A stretch of DNA of 64,000 bases from Candidatus Dormiibacterota bacterium (GTDB lineage Bacteria > Chloroflexota > Dormibacteria > Dormibacterales > Dormibacteraceae): assembly GCA_036513515.1 (NCBI GenBank), contig DATBYW010000029.1:4797-68796 (forward strand), written 5' to 3'. Each line of letters starts with the position of its first letter. Within the stretch, counting starts at the first letter, position 1. The notes under the pieces were generated by a model. The model did no database searches. It saw only the letters and a program-made list of their open reading frames with translations, and was not told where the DNA came from. Positions 7,600 through 17,407 of the stretch are shown here, one piece after another. A program made the position numbers and the translations under genes.

Positions 7600-8856
7600 T
7601 TAGACGGCTTCTCTTTTGGGGGGTCGGCCGGAGCCGAAGGTTCGGCCTGGCCTCTGGCGGCGACGCGGGCGGGGGCGGCTGCGGCCGTTGTCGGAAGCGG
7701 CTGCCGGCACGGCTGCCGGCTGCTCCTGGTCGAGATACCGCCAGGGGCCTCCCTCCAGCAGCTGGTTTACGTCGACGGGGCGCAGATCAGGCGCTCCCTG
7801 ACGGCGGAGACGGTGCCAGAGCATGCGGTCTTCCGGACAGACGAAGGTGAGCGCCCAGCCCCGCTCGCCCATCCGAGCAGTGCGGCCGACCCGGTGGGTA
7901 AGCCAGTCGGGCGTGTCGGGCAGCTCGTAGTTCACGACCAGCGTCACCTGGCTGATGTCCAGGCCACGGGCGGCCACGTTGGTGGCGACCAGGACCTGCA
8001 GTCGGCCTTCACGGAAGGAGGCCATGGTGCGGTCGCGTGCCTGCTGCGATAGGTCGCCCTGCAGCTCGGCCGAGCCGACGCCCAACCGGCGCAGGTCGCG
8101 GTTCAGCTTGCTCACCCCGTGCTTGGTCCGGCCGAACACGATGGCCGTACCCTCCAGGCGCTGGAGAAGGCGCGCGAGCACAGTCAGCTTCCGGTCCCGG
8201 TCAACCTGGACAAGCCCGTGCTCGAGCTGGATCTCGTCAGCTCCACCGCTCACCCGCACCCGCACCGGATCGGAGAGAAACCGGTCGATGACCTTCTCCA
8301 CCCAGGTCGGCATCGTGGCCGAGGCCAGCACCGTCTGCGGCTGGTAGGTGAGGCCCAGGATCCGCTCCACGTCAGGCGCAAATCCCGCATCGAGCATCTC
8401 GTCGGCTTCGTCGAGCACGAGATATTCCACCCGGCTCAGCGACAGCAGCTTCCTGCCGATCATGTCCAGGATCCGGCCTGGAGTCCCGATCACCACGTCG
8501 GCGCCGCGCTTCAAGCCGGCGGTCTGGGTGGCGTAACCGACGCCGCCGTAGAGCAGCACCGAGTGAGTGCCGTGATCCAGAGTCTCCAGAACCTGGCTGA
8601 CCTGCATCGCCAACTCCCTTGTCGGCGTCACGACCAGCGCTCTGGGGCCCGGTCCGGGCTTGCGTATGCCCTCGACCAGCGGTACCAGAAAGGCCAGGGT
8701 CTTTCCCGAACCCGTGGGGGCCTGGATCACGCCATCGCGGCCCTCGAGCAGCGGCGGTATCGCCTCGGCCTGCACGGCCACCGGGCTGTGGATGTCGGAG
8801 GCGGCCAGGGCCGCCTGTGTGCGCGGGTCGATGCCCGCGTCGTCAAAATTTTCCAA
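7600..8856 (-). CDS. DEAD-box ATP-dependent RNA helicase
   Basis: Motifs AQAPTGSGKT, PTRELA, VLDEADEML, SAT, ARGLD and HRVGRTAR, plus an Arg-rich C-terminal tail. The maximal ORF reaches a TTG at 8973. I prefer the in-frame TTG at 8856, which has AGGAG 6 nt upstream and gives (M)ENFDDAGIDPR. The start is uncertain. Confidence 0.9.
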   Translation of the reverse strand: MENFDDAGIDPRTQAALAASDIHSPVAVQAEAIPPLLEGRDGVIQAPTGSGKTLAFLVPLVEGIRKPGPGPRALVVTPTRELAMQVSQVLETLDHGTHSVLLYGGVGYATQTAGLKRGADVVIGTPGRILDMIGRKLLSLSRVEYLVLDEADEMLDAGFAPDVERILGLTYQPQTVLASATMPTWVEKVIDRFLSDPVRVRVSGGADEIQLEHGLVQVDRDRKLTVLARLLQRLEGTAIVFGRTKHGVSKLNRDLRRLGVGSAELQGDLSQQARDRTMASFREGRLQVLVATNVAARGLDISQVTLVVNYELPDTPDWLTHRVGRTARMGERGWALTFVCPEDRMLWHRLRRQGAPDLRPVDVNQLLEGGPWRYLDQEQPAAVPAAASDNGRSRPRPRRRQRPGRTFGSGRPPKREAV

Positions 8857-9164
8857 AACGCGCTCCTGAATATTGGTCCCCCTCTCTTGTTCCTTTTGCT
8901 GCGGCGACTGCCAGGACACCGTTTCCAAAGACGGGGAGAGAGGACCCGAGCGCGCGCGTAAAACCGGCCGCAATAAACGGGCGGCCAGAGGAAGTATACC
9001 CGCCGGCCGGCGTGATCACACCCGGCCCCTGGAAAGTGGATGGCGGGCAGGCGGTCCGCTTTGCCCATAATTGCCTATGGGGAAGGACAGCCTGGGACCT
9101 TGGGGGGGAGTCTCCGCGGCTAGGAGCGCCCCACCCACACCGACCGCTCGTTAGCCGCGCTGCC

Positions 9165-12100
9165 GTGACGAAGCAACGCACCAGGGCAGCGCGGCCGGCC
9201 ACCGTCGAAGCACCTCGAAAACAGACCTCGGGATCGCACAGGGAAGTACTGCTGAGCGGCGCGCCCAGCCCTGGCCGCATTCGCCGGGCGCCCGGCAGAC
9301 CTGCGACCACCTACGTCGAGGGAGACCCCCTCTGGTACAAGGACGCCGTCATCTACGAGCTCCACGTGCGCTCGTTCAAGGACTCCAACAGCGACGGCAT
9401 CGGTGACTTCCCGGGCCTCATCCAGCAGCTCGACTACATCGCCAGCCTGGGCGCCACCGCGATCTGGATCCTCCCCTTCTACCCCTCGCCGCTGCGGGAT
9501 GACGGCTATGACATCGCCGATTACCTGGGGGTGAATCCGTCCTACGGCCGGGTGAACGACGTACGGAGACTGGTCCGCGAGGCCCACAAGCGCGGGCTGC
9601 GGGTCATCACCGAGCTGGTCTGCAACCACACCTCTGACCAGCATCCCTGGTTCCAGCGGGCGCGCAACTCGCCCCCGGGAAGCGTCTGGCGTGATTTCTA
9701 CGTGTGGAGCGATAACGACCAGCGCTACAGCGAGGCGCGCATCATCTTCAAGGACTTCGAGACGTCCAACTGGACCTGGGACCCGGTCGCCCAAGCCTAC
9801 TACTGGCACCGCTTCTACTCCCACCAGCCAGACCTCAATTACGACAATCCCAAGGTGAAGGAAGCAGTCTTCAAGGTGGTCGACCACTGGCTGGGCATGG
9901 GCGTGGACGGCTTGCGCCTGGACGCCATCCCCTACCTCTTCGAGCGGGAGGGGACGAACTGCGAGAACCTTCCCGAATCGCACGAGTTCCTGAAGCAACT
10001 GCGGGCCTACATTGACGCCAACTACAGCAACCGGGTGCTGCTGGCGGAGGCCAACCAGTGGCCGGAGGACGCGGTGGCCTACTTTGGCCAGGGGGAGGGC
10101 GACGAATGCCACATGGCCTTCCACTTCCCGGTCATGCCGCGGCTCTTCATGGCGCTGCGGATGGAGGACCGCTTCCCGATCATCGACATCCTGGACCAGA
10201 CGCCGCCCATCCCCTCCACCGCGCAGTGGGCGATGTTCCTGCGCAACCACGACGAGCTGACCCTGGAGATGGTCACCGACGAGGAGCGGGACTACATGTA
10301 CCGCGCCTACACCCGGGACCCGGAGGCGCGCATCAACCTCGGTATAAGACACCGGCTGGCGCCCCTGCTGAACAACAACCGGCGGGCCATAGAGCTGATG
10401 AATGTCTTGCTCTTCTCACTGCCCGGGACGCCGGTCATCTACTACGGCGACGAGATCGGAATGGGCGACAACGTACATCTCGGCGACCGGGACGGCGTGC
10501 GCACGCCGATGCAGTGGAGCGGAGACCGCAACGCCGGCTTCTCGACAGCCAACCGGCAGCGTCTCTACCAACCGGTGATCACCGACCCTGAATACAACTA
10601 CGAGACCATCAACGTCGAGACGCAGGACGCCAACCCGCTCTCCCTGCTGAACTGGATGCGGCGGCTGATAGCCATGCGCAAACGCCACCCGGCCTTTGGA
10701 CGGGGCAGCATCGAGTTCCTTCACCCCGAGAACCGCAAGCTGCTCGCGTTCACCCGCAGATACGGTGACGAACGCATCCTGGTGGTCGCCAACCTGTCCC
10801 GCTACACCCAGTTCGCAAACCTCGACCTCTCCGCCCACCGCGGCCTGATTCCGGTTGAGCTCTTTGGGCGCGCCGAGTTTCCTCGCATCGGTGAGGGACC
10901 GTACCCCATAACTCTCACCTCGCACAGCTTCGTATGGTTCTCACTGGAGCAGCCTTTGGAGGCCAATTCGAACGGTCCAGCGGCCCCGCTGTCGCTGAGA
11001 GACCGCGAGCTGGAGCGGGCCCTCCCGACGTACCTGGGTCGCCAGCGCTGGTTCCGGGGCAAGAGCAGGCAGATCGCGGAGGTGTCGGTCGTGGACTCGG
11101 TGCCCCTGGTCGACGCCCAGCTGAAGATCGTCGAGGTCCGCTACCGGGACGGTGACCCCGACATTTACGCGCTGCCACTCTGCCGTGAGCCCGACGGCAA
11201 AGTGGTCGACGCGCTCACCCATCCGGAGTTCAACGCGTCGCTGCTCGAGGCCATGGGGCAGCGGCGGCGCTTCCGGGGACGCCAGGGCACGCTGCTCGCC
11301 CTTCCCACGCCTCGGCTCAAGCGCATGCAGAAGAGCGCGACCGAGCTGGCGCCCCATCTCTCCGGCGCCGAGCAGAGCAACAACTCGGTGATCTTCGGCG
11401 AGCGGCTGATCCTCAAGCTCTACCGGCGGGTGGAGCCGGGTGTGAACCCGGACCTGGAGGTGTCGCACTTCCTGACCAACCGCCAGTTCCCCAACATCGC
11501 GCACGTGGCCGGCGCGCTTCTCTACCGCCGGGGGCGAGAGCAGACGTCCGCCCTGGGCATGCTCCAGACCTACGTGCCGAACCAGGGCGACGGCTGGAGC
11601 CAGGCACTGGACGAGCTTGCCCGCGGCGATCGTGGGGCCATCGAGACCTACGAGCGCTACGCCGCGCTGCTGGGCCGGCGGACCGCCGAGATGCACGTCG
11701 CCCTCTCCTCGGACACGCAGGACCCTGCCTTCGCGCCGGAGCCCACGGCCATGCTCAACGCGCGCTCCGCCTACCAGTCGATCCGCACGCTGGGCCTGCA
11801 GGTCATGCGCCAGGTCAGGCGCCAGTTGCCCACATTGCCCGAGGAGGCGCGGGAGGAGGCCGCCAAAGTGCTGGACCTGGAGTCGCGCCTCTTGCCGCGG
11901 CTGCACGATCTGCTCGACCGGCGGATCGGGGCCAAGCGAATTCGGGTCCATGGCGACTATCACCTGGGCCAGGTGCTCTTCACGGGCGGCGACTATGTGA
12001 TCGTGGACTTCGAGGGGGAGCCGCTGCGCTCCCTCCCCGAGCGCCGGATGAAGCGGTGGGCCACCAAGGACGTTGCCGGGATGCTTCGCTCCTACACGTA

Positions 12101-12347
12101 CGCGGCTGAAGCCGCAGGCGTGGAGTTCGGCGAGGAATGGGCCGACAGAGCATCACGGGCCTTTCTGCGCGAGTACTGGGAGGCGGCCGGCGACGCGCCC
12201 TTCGTGCCGCCCACAATCGAGGAACGGAATCTATTGCTGGACGTCATGCTGATCGAGAAGGCGCTGTATGAAGCCAGGTACGAGCTGGACAACCGCCCGG
12301 ACTGGGTATCGATCCCACTTCGGGGGCTTAGGAGGCTGCTGACATGA
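9165..12347 (+). CDS. treS: Trehalose synthase fused to maltokinase (TreS-Mak/Pep2)
   Basis: N-terminal GH13 part has DPLWYKDAVIYELHVRSFKDSNSDGIGDF, GLRLDAIPYL and FLRNHDELTLE. The C-terminal roughly 450 aa has the kinase-like motif RVHGDYHLGQVLF...VIVDFEGEP. The track start at 8619 runs antisense through the helicase gene. GTG at 9165 is the first plausible in-frame start, but it is uncertain. Confidence 0.9.
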   Translation: MTKQRTRAARPATVEAPRKQTSGSHREVLLSGAPSPGRIRRAPGRPATTYVEGDPLWYKDAVIYELHVRSFKDSNSDGIGDFPGLIQQLDYIASLGATAIWILPFYPSPLRDDGYDIADYLGVNPSYGRVNDVRRLVREAHKRGLRVITELVCNHTSDQHPWFQRARNSPPGSVWRDFYVWSDNDQRYSEARIIFKDFETSNWTWDPVAQAYYWHRFYSHQPDLNYDNPKVKEAVFKVVDHWLGMGVDGLRLDAIPYLFEREGTNCENLPESHEFLKQLRAYIDANYSNRVLLAEANQWPEDAVAYFGQGEGDECHMAFHFPVMPRLFMALRMEDRFPIIDILDQTPPIPSTAQWAMFLRNHDELTLEMVTDEERDYMYRAYTRDPEARINLGIRHRLAPLLNNNRRAIELMNVLLFSLPGTPVIYYGDEIGMGDNVHLGDRDGVRTPMQWSGDRNAGFSTANRQRLYQPVITDPEYNYETINVETQDANPLSLLNWMRRLIAMRKRHPAFGRGSIEFLHPENRKLLAFTRRYGDERILVVANLSRYTQFANLDLSAHRGLIPVELFGRAEFPRIGEGPYPITLTSHSFVWFSLEQPLEANSNGPAAPLSLRDRELERALPTYLGRQRWFRGKSRQIAEVSVVDSVPLVDAQLKIVEVRYRDGDPDIYALPLCREPDGKVVDALTHPEFNASLLEAMGQRRRFRGRQGTLLALPTPRLKRMQKSATELAPHLSGAEQSNNSVIFGERLILKLYRRVEPGVNPDLEVSHFLTNRQFPNIAHVAGALLYRRGREQTSALGMLQTYVPNQGDGWSQALDELARGDRGAIETYERYAALLGRRTAEMHVALSSDTQDPAFAPEPTAMLNARSAYQSIRTLGLQVMRQVRRQLPTLPEEAREEAAKVLDLESRLLPRLHDLLDRRIGAKRIRVHGDYHLGQVLFTGGDYVIVDFEGEPLRSLPERRMKRWATKDVAGMLRSYTYAAEAAGVEFGEEWADRASRAFLREYWEAAGDAPFVPPTIEERNLLLDVMLIEKALYEARYELDNRPDWVSIPLRGLRRLLT

Positions 12348-14242
12348 AGACGGAGCCGCCCAGCCTCATCACCGATGAGGACCTCTATCTTTTCAACGAG
12401 GGCAGCCACTTCCGCCTCTGGGACAAACTGGGCTCCCACCCGGTAGAGGGTGGAACTCGGTTCGCGGTCTGGGCGCCCAACGCTGAGTGGGTGTCGGTGA
12501 TCGGCGACCACAACGGTTGGGACGGCCGCTCCAATCCCATGCAGGAGCGCGGCTCCTCTGGCATCTGGGAGGCCTTCGTGCCCGGCCTCGGCCCTGGAGC
12601 GATCTACAAGTACCTGATCCGAAGCCGCAACAGCGGCTACCGGGTCGAGAAGGCGGACCCCTTTGCCTTCCGGGCCGAGGTCCCTCCCAAGACAGGGTCG
12701 ATCGTCTGGGAGCTGGACTTCGACTGGACCGACGCGGGCTGGATGCGAGATCGCCACAGTCGCAACTCGGCAAAGGCCGCGATGTCGATCTACGAGATGC
12801 ACGTGGGCTCATGGAGACGAGTGCCCGAAGAAGGCAACCGCTCTCTGTACTACTGGGAGCTCTCGGGCCGCATAGCCGACTACTGCGACCGCACCGGCTT
12901 CACCCACGTCGAGCTGCTTCCCATCATGGAGCACCCGTTTTTCGGGTCCTGGGGGTATCAAGCGACGGGCTTCTTCGCCCCCACCAGCCGGTACGGGACG
13001 CCGCAGGACTTCATGATGATGGTCGACAGCCTGCACCAGCGGGGGGTCGGAGTTGTGCTCGACTGGGTGCCCTCGCACTTTCCGACCGACGAGCACGGCC
13101 TTGGCTACTTCGACGGGACGCACCTCTATGAGCACGCGGACCCGCGAATCGGCATGCACAAGGAATGGGGCTCTTATGTGTTCAACTACGGCCGCCATGA
13201 AGTGCAGAGCTTCCTGATCTCCAGCGCTCTCTTCTGGCTGGACCGGTATCACATCGACGGCTTGCGCGTCGACGCTGTGGCCTCGATGCTCTACCTCGAC
13301 TACTCGCGAGAGAGTGGCGAGTGGGTCCCCAACCAGTTCGGCGGTCGTGAGAACCTGGAGGCGATCGACTTCCTCCGCAGGTTCAACACCGAGGTATACG
13401 GGACCTTTCCCGACGTGCAGACGATGGCTGAGGAGTCCACCGCCTGGCCAATGGTGTCTCGGCCAACTTACGTCGGGGGCCTGGGCTTCGGCATGAAGTG
13501 GGACATGGGCTGGATGCACGACACGCTCCAGTACATGCAGCACGAGCCGGTGCACCGTAAATACCACCACAATGAACTGACCTTCCGCGCCGTCTACGCC
13601 TTCACCGAGAACTTCGTGCTCCCCTTGTCGCACGACGAGGTCGTCCACGGCAAAGGCTCTCTGATCGGAAAGATGCCGGGCGATGAGTGGCAGAAGAGAG
13701 CCAATCTCCGGCTGCTCTACGCCTGGCAATGGGCGACTCCGGGCAAGAAACTGCTCTTTATGGGCGGCGAGATCGGGCAATATGATGAGTGGGCGCACGA
13801 TGGGTCGGTGCAGTGGGACCTGCTCGCCTACCCCGGCCATGAGGGCATCCAGCGTTGGGTCACCGACCTGAACCGGCTTTACAGCTCGCGAGCAGCACTT
13901 CATGAGCTCGACTTCGAGTCCGCCGGGTTCTCCTGGGTGGACGCCAACGACTGGGACCAGTCAGTGCTCTCGTTTCTTCGCTTCTCCTCGGATGGACGCC
14001 AGGTGCTGTGCGTTTTCAACTTCACGCCGGTACCCCGACCCGACTACCGCCTCGGCGTGCCAGCCGGTGGCTACTGGCGGGAGCTGCTCAACAGCGACGC
14101 CGAGAGCTACGGCGGCTCGGGATGGGGCAACCAGGGAGGCGTCGAGGCCGAGGAGACCGCGTGGCACGGCAGGCCGTGGTCAGTCTCGGTGACCGTACCG
14201 CCGCTTGGGGCGGTCTTCCTGGCTCCGGAGAGCGAAGACTGA
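12344..14242 (+). CDS. glgB: 1,4-alpha-glucan branching enzyme GlgB
   Basis: 632 aa GH13_9-type protein with DGLRVDAVASMLY, the EESTAWP motif and LSHDEVVHGK. Its ATG overlaps the treS-mak stop (ATGA). Confidence 0.93.
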   Translation: MKTEPPSLITDEDLYLFNEGSHFRLWDKLGSHPVEGGTRFAVWAPNAEWVSVIGDHNGWDGRSNPMQERGSSGIWEAFVPGLGPGAIYKYLIRSRNSGYRVEKADPFAFRAEVPPKTGSIVWELDFDWTDAGWMRDRHSRNSAKAAMSIYEMHVGSWRRVPEEGNRSLYYWELSGRIADYCDRTGFTHVELLPIMEHPFFGSWGYQATGFFAPTSRYGTPQDFMMMVDSLHQRGVGVVLDWVPSHFPTDEHGLGYFDGTHLYEHADPRIGMHKEWGSYVFNYGRHEVQSFLISSALFWLDRYHIDGLRVDAVASMLYLDYSRESGEWVPNQFGGRENLEAIDFLRRFNTEVYGTFPDVQTMAEESTAWPMVSRPTYVGGLGFGMKWDMGWMHDTLQYMQHEPVHRKYHHNELTFRAVYAFTENFVLPLSHDEVVHGKGSLIGKMPGDEWQKRANLRLLYAWQWATPGKKLLFMGGEIGQYDEWAHDGSVQWDLLAYPGHEGIQRWVTDLNRLYSSRAALHELDFESAGFSWVDANDWDQSVLSFLRFSSDGRQVLCVFNFTPVPRPDYRLGVPAGGYWRELLNSDAESYGGSGWGNQGGVEAEETAWHGRPWSVSVTVPPLGAVFLAPESED

Positions 14243-14313
14243 CTGGGACCGCCGTCCACTGAGCCGCCTCGGCCGGCGGCTGGACGCCAGGATGGGCCAG
14301 GGATGGACAATCT

Positions 14314-15348
14314 ATGGCTGTGCCCGAGCTGAGCGAGTTCCGACCTGAGGAGGCCTCCGCGGCCGAGTGGGCAGCCTACCACTCGTTCCGTCGCGGAAGG
14401 CAGCTGGACGAGTCGCCCGATGACCCGCTGGTGCCCGATGAGGTTGTCGAGCGCAGGCTGCGGCGACCCGACCCGTACACGTTCCACAACCTGACGCTGG
14501 CGCACTGCGAGGGAGAGGTCGTCGGAGAGATGTGGGCGAGTGCGATGACGCCCGCCTCGCCGGGTTACGAGAGCAACCGCCACCTGATGCAGGGCGGAGC
14601 TTGGGTGCTCTCCCCCCAACGCCGTCAAGGCATCGGCCGCAGCTGGCTGCCCGGACTTGTGAGCTTGATGGACCGGCAGGGCGCGACAGTGTTCACGGCG
14701 GACACCTTCCAGGAGCCCGGCCACGCCTTCTTGCGCTGGCTGGGCGGCGAACCCCGCTTCTCGGAGGCTCGCAGCCGGCTCGACTTGCGGCTGCTGGACT
14801 GGGACATGGTCCGGCGCTGGGTCCGCGAAGCGGATCGGCGGTCGCCCGGCACCCGGCTGGAGCTGTACGTGGACCGGCTGCCGGAGGAGCGTCATGCCGA
14901 GTTCGCCACCGCCATGACGACGCTGTTGAACACCATGCCTTTCGAAGGCCTGGACCACGGGGAGCTGGTGGAGACACCAGAGACGCTCCGGGACTGGTAC
15001 GCCCGCGAAGCAACCGGCTCGTCGCACCACGTCTACATGGCGCGAGAGAGCGACGGGTCAATCTCCGGGATGACGGACGTTCTCAAGTACGACTACGAAC
15101 CGGGGTTCGTCCGCCAGCAGTTCACGGGCGTCCACCCGTCCGCACGCGGCCGCGGGTTGGGGAAATGGCTGAAGGCGGCCATGCTCGAGCACGTTCGTGC
15201 GGTCCACCCCGACACCGTCTACATGACCACCGAGAACGCCGGGTCGAACGCCTCGATGCTTGCCATCAACCGGGCCCTGGGCTTTCAGCTCTACCGATCC
15301 GCGACCACCTACCAGGTGCAGCGAGAGGCGCTCACCCGCCGGCCCTGA
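14314..15348 (+). CDS. GNAT family N-acetyltransferase (tandem GNAT-like halves)
   Basis: 344 aa. Has two acetyl-CoA-binding-type segments (RRQGIGRSW and ARGRGLGKWL). The substrate is unknown. Confidence 0.7.
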   Translation: MAVPELSEFRPEEASAAEWAAYHSFRRGRQLDESPDDPLVPDEVVERRLRRPDPYTFHNLTLAHCEGEVVGEMWASAMTPASPGYESNRHLMQGGAWVLSPQRRQGIGRSWLPGLVSLMDRQGATVFTADTFQEPGHAFLRWLGGEPRFSEARSRLDLRLLDWDMVRRWVREADRRSPGTRLELYVDRLPEERHAEFATAMTTLLNTMPFEGLDHGELVETPETLRDWYAREATGSSHHVYMARESDGSISGMTDVLKYDYEPGFVRQQFTGVHPSARGRGLGKWLKAAMLEHVRAVHPDTVYMTTENAGSNASMLAINRALGFQLYRSATTYQVQREALTRRP

Positions 15349-15555
15349 GCCGTCATCCGGTAACGATCCGCCCACCCGTCTGACCTCGGCTGCCGCCGCG
15401 GCGGTCCAAGGCCGTCGAGGCGCTCGGAGATCGTTATAGCGACGTTGAAAACCACCGCCCTTGCTACCAATGGGTGTTTTCAGCCGCACTCCGGAGTTTC
15501 GCTCCCCGCCGCCGCGTTTACCGAGAATTCAGCAACCTGCGGCCACGATTGATTC

Positions 15556-16728
15556 GTGACCGCAATAGCGAGGCCCTGGGTACCGCGAATCGCGCTTGGC
15601 GGGTTCCGCCTGCCGGTGCCCGGCTGGCCCCTCAGATACCAAAAGGGCACCGCAGGAAGAGATCTGCGACTCGATTTCCTGCGCGGCTGGTGCCTCTTCT
15701 CCATGGTGGTCGACCACGCTGCTGGAGACCACCAGACCTTTCTCTTCAAGGTGACCGGCAATGGCGGTTACCCCATGACCGGTGCCCACGGGTTCGTCTT
15801 CTTGAGCGGCATCGTCTTCGCTCTGGTCTACGGGAAGATAATCGCGAGCGAGGGATGGTCCAAGGCCGTGCCGAAGGCTCTCCGCCGGGCGTTCACGCTC
15901 TACCTGGTGGCAGTCGTCCTGGGTCTGCTCGACGCTCTCTTCAGTGTGACTCCCTGGGGCGGCGGCTCTGCATTCGTCGATGCGGTGAGCTTCGGCACCC
16001 TCTGGAACACGCTGACCCTGCACGGGGCCAACGACTCACTGATGACCCTCTACTTCCTGTTCATCCTGGCGGCTCCCCTCGCCCTCTATGCCATGCAGAA
16101 GGGCAAGACCTGGTTGCTGGCGGCCGCCAGCTCGAGCCTCTGGATCGGGCACCTGCTGGTACCCCAGCATTTCGGCAACCCTTTCGAAATCTTCGTACCA
16201 GCCGCCGAATGGCAGGTGTTCTTCGTGACCGGTCTGGTCGTCGGCTACCATCGCGAGGCGCTGGGATGCTGGCTGCAAGGAGGGAGGCGCCGCGCCTACC
16301 TGGCGATGCTCTTCACTCTGTTCGCCTGCCTGGTTCTGCTCCAGCTGGCGATAACGATCGGGTGGCGGCCCGGTAGCGGCTCGAACGCGAGCTTCGACTG
16401 GCTGGCCAGCCAGGTATACACCGAGTACGAGCACAATCCGCCGCTACATGTCCTGGCGATAATGGTCGGCTTCCTGGGTCTCTACCACCTGGTCGATTGG
16501 TTCTGGGAGCCGCTCAACGCGTTGCTGGGATGGTTCCTGATCCCAATCGGGTCAGCCGCACTGTACGTGTACATCATTCACCTGGTTCTCGTGTACTACG
16601 TGCTGCTCCATGCTCCGGTCTTCACTCAGCTGGATGGTGTTCCGCTGGGACTCTCGCTTCTTGCGCTGATGCTCTGCCTCTGGCTTATGGTCAAGCGCCG
16701 CTTCCTGTTCCGGGTCGTCCCCAGGTAG
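15556..16728 (+). CDS. OpgC-like / acyltransferase-3-like polytopic membrane protein
   Basis: 390 aa with about 10 predicted hydrophobic helices. The N-terminal RLDFLRGWCLFSMVVDH is typical of OpgC-domain proteins. The GTG start is uncertain. Confidence 0.6.
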   Translation: MTAIARPWVPRIALGGFRLPVPGWPLRYQKGTAGRDLRLDFLRGWCLFSMVVDHAAGDHQTFLFKVTGNGGYPMTGAHGFVFLSGIVFALVYGKIIASEGWSKAVPKALRRAFTLYLVAVVLGLLDALFSVTPWGGGSAFVDAVSFGTLWNTLTLHGANDSLMTLYFLFILAAPLALYAMQKGKTWLLAAASSSLWIGHLLVPQHFGNPFEIFVPAAEWQVFFVTGLVVGYHREALGCWLQGGRRRAYLAMLFTLFACLVLLQLAITIGWRPGSGSNASFDWLASQVYTEYEHNPPLHVLAIMVGFLGLYHLVDWFWEPLNALLGWFLIPIGSAALYVYIIHLVLVYYVLLHAPVFTQLDGVPLGLSLLALMLCLWLMVKRRFLFRVVPR

Positions 16729-16815
16729 CTGAGAGAGCGCTCAGGGATCTGTTCTTCGACCGCCCTGAGCCGAGGCCAGAGAACGCCAGTGCTGGCGACT
16801 CCCGCTGTCGAGATC

Positions 16816-16892
16816 TGGTCGGGGGCCCGGGATTCGAACCCGGGGCCTCACGGTCCCGAACCGTGCGCGCTGCCGGACTGCGCCAGCCCCCG
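16816..16892 (-). tRNA. tRNA-Pro (anticodon CGG)
   Basis: Hand-folded 77-nt cloverleaf: acceptor CGGGGGC/GCCCCCG, D-stem GCGC/GCGC, anticodon stem CACGG/CCGTG with loop TTCGGGA, T-arm CCGGG-TTCGAAT-CCCGG, discriminator A and an encoded CCA. The C1-G72 pair fits bacterial tRNA-Pro. Confidence 0.9.
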
Positions 16893-16981
16893 CCCTACCT
16901 TCGACGAGAGGGCATTCTACTCGGCCCCCACATCGAAGACAGCACCGGGACCATTGATTTCCCCAGCAGGGCCAGCCCACC

Positions 16982-17407
16982 TCACGTGACAGTGGCCGGC
17001 GCCTCCATCAAGGTGGCCGTCGCGTCCGCGATCCGGGCACCGTCGCCGAGGCGCTCGATGTGCGAAACGGCGTAGACCAGCGACCGCCGAATCCTTTCCA
17101 CCCGTCCCACCACCCGAACCCGTTCTCCGATCCGGAGCGGCTGGCGGTAGCGGACCTCGAGCTTGCCGGTCAGCCCGGGGTGGCCGGAGTGCCAGCCGGC
17201 CCAGCCGACAGCCTCGTCGAGCATGAGCGCGATCACCCCCCCGTGCACAAGTCCGCGCCAGCTCTGGTACTCGGCGGGCACCTCGTACTCGCAGACCGAC
17301 TCGCCACCCTGGTCCAGGAATCGCATCTTGAGGCCGCGCTCGTTGTTCTCGCCACAACCAAAACAGGCTCCGTCGTAGGTGACCTCCACGCGGTATAAGG
17401 TAGCCAT
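16982..17407 (-). CDS. PaaI/hotdog-fold acyl-CoA thioesterase
   Basis: 141 aa. Contains GLVHGGVIALMLDEAVG (the hotdog thioesterase core) and N-terminal CFGCGENN. Confidence 0.8.
   Translation of the reverse strand: MATLYRVEVTYDGACFGCGENNERGLKMRFLDQGGESVCEYEVPAEYQSWRGLVHGGVIALMLDEAVGWAGWHSGHPGLTGKLEVRYRQPLRIGERVRVVGRVERIRRSLVYAVSHIERLGDGARIADATATLMEAPATVT

Noticed and set aside
7449-8052. Plus-strand ORFs 7449-7850 and 7558-8052 starting in the hypE/helicase gap
   Set aside because: They begin inside the hairpin-repeat region and continue antisense to the helicase gene. Their translations are Gly/Arg/Pro-rich with no motifs.
8619-9164. N-terminal 180 aa of the 1242-aa TreS ORF
   Set aside because: This part runs antisense through the 5' end of the helicase gene and the divergent promoter region. 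It is low in complexity and is not part of any TreS I know. The gene more plausibly starts at the GTG at 9165.
15420-15480. Imperfect hairpin gaaaaccacc...gggtgttttc downstream of the GNAT gene, as a possible riboswitch or terminator
   Set aside because: The stem has a bulge. No conserved riboswitch core motif is recognisable and no U-tract follows. It is at most a weak terminator.
15348-16982. Possible genomic island or integration site next to tRNA-Pro
   Set aside because: There is no integrase, recombinase or transposase gene. No direct repeat of the tRNA 3' end was found nearby. The flanking genes (GNAT, OpgC-like, thioesterase) look like ordinary chromosomal genes, although the OpgC-like gene has somewhat lower GC3.
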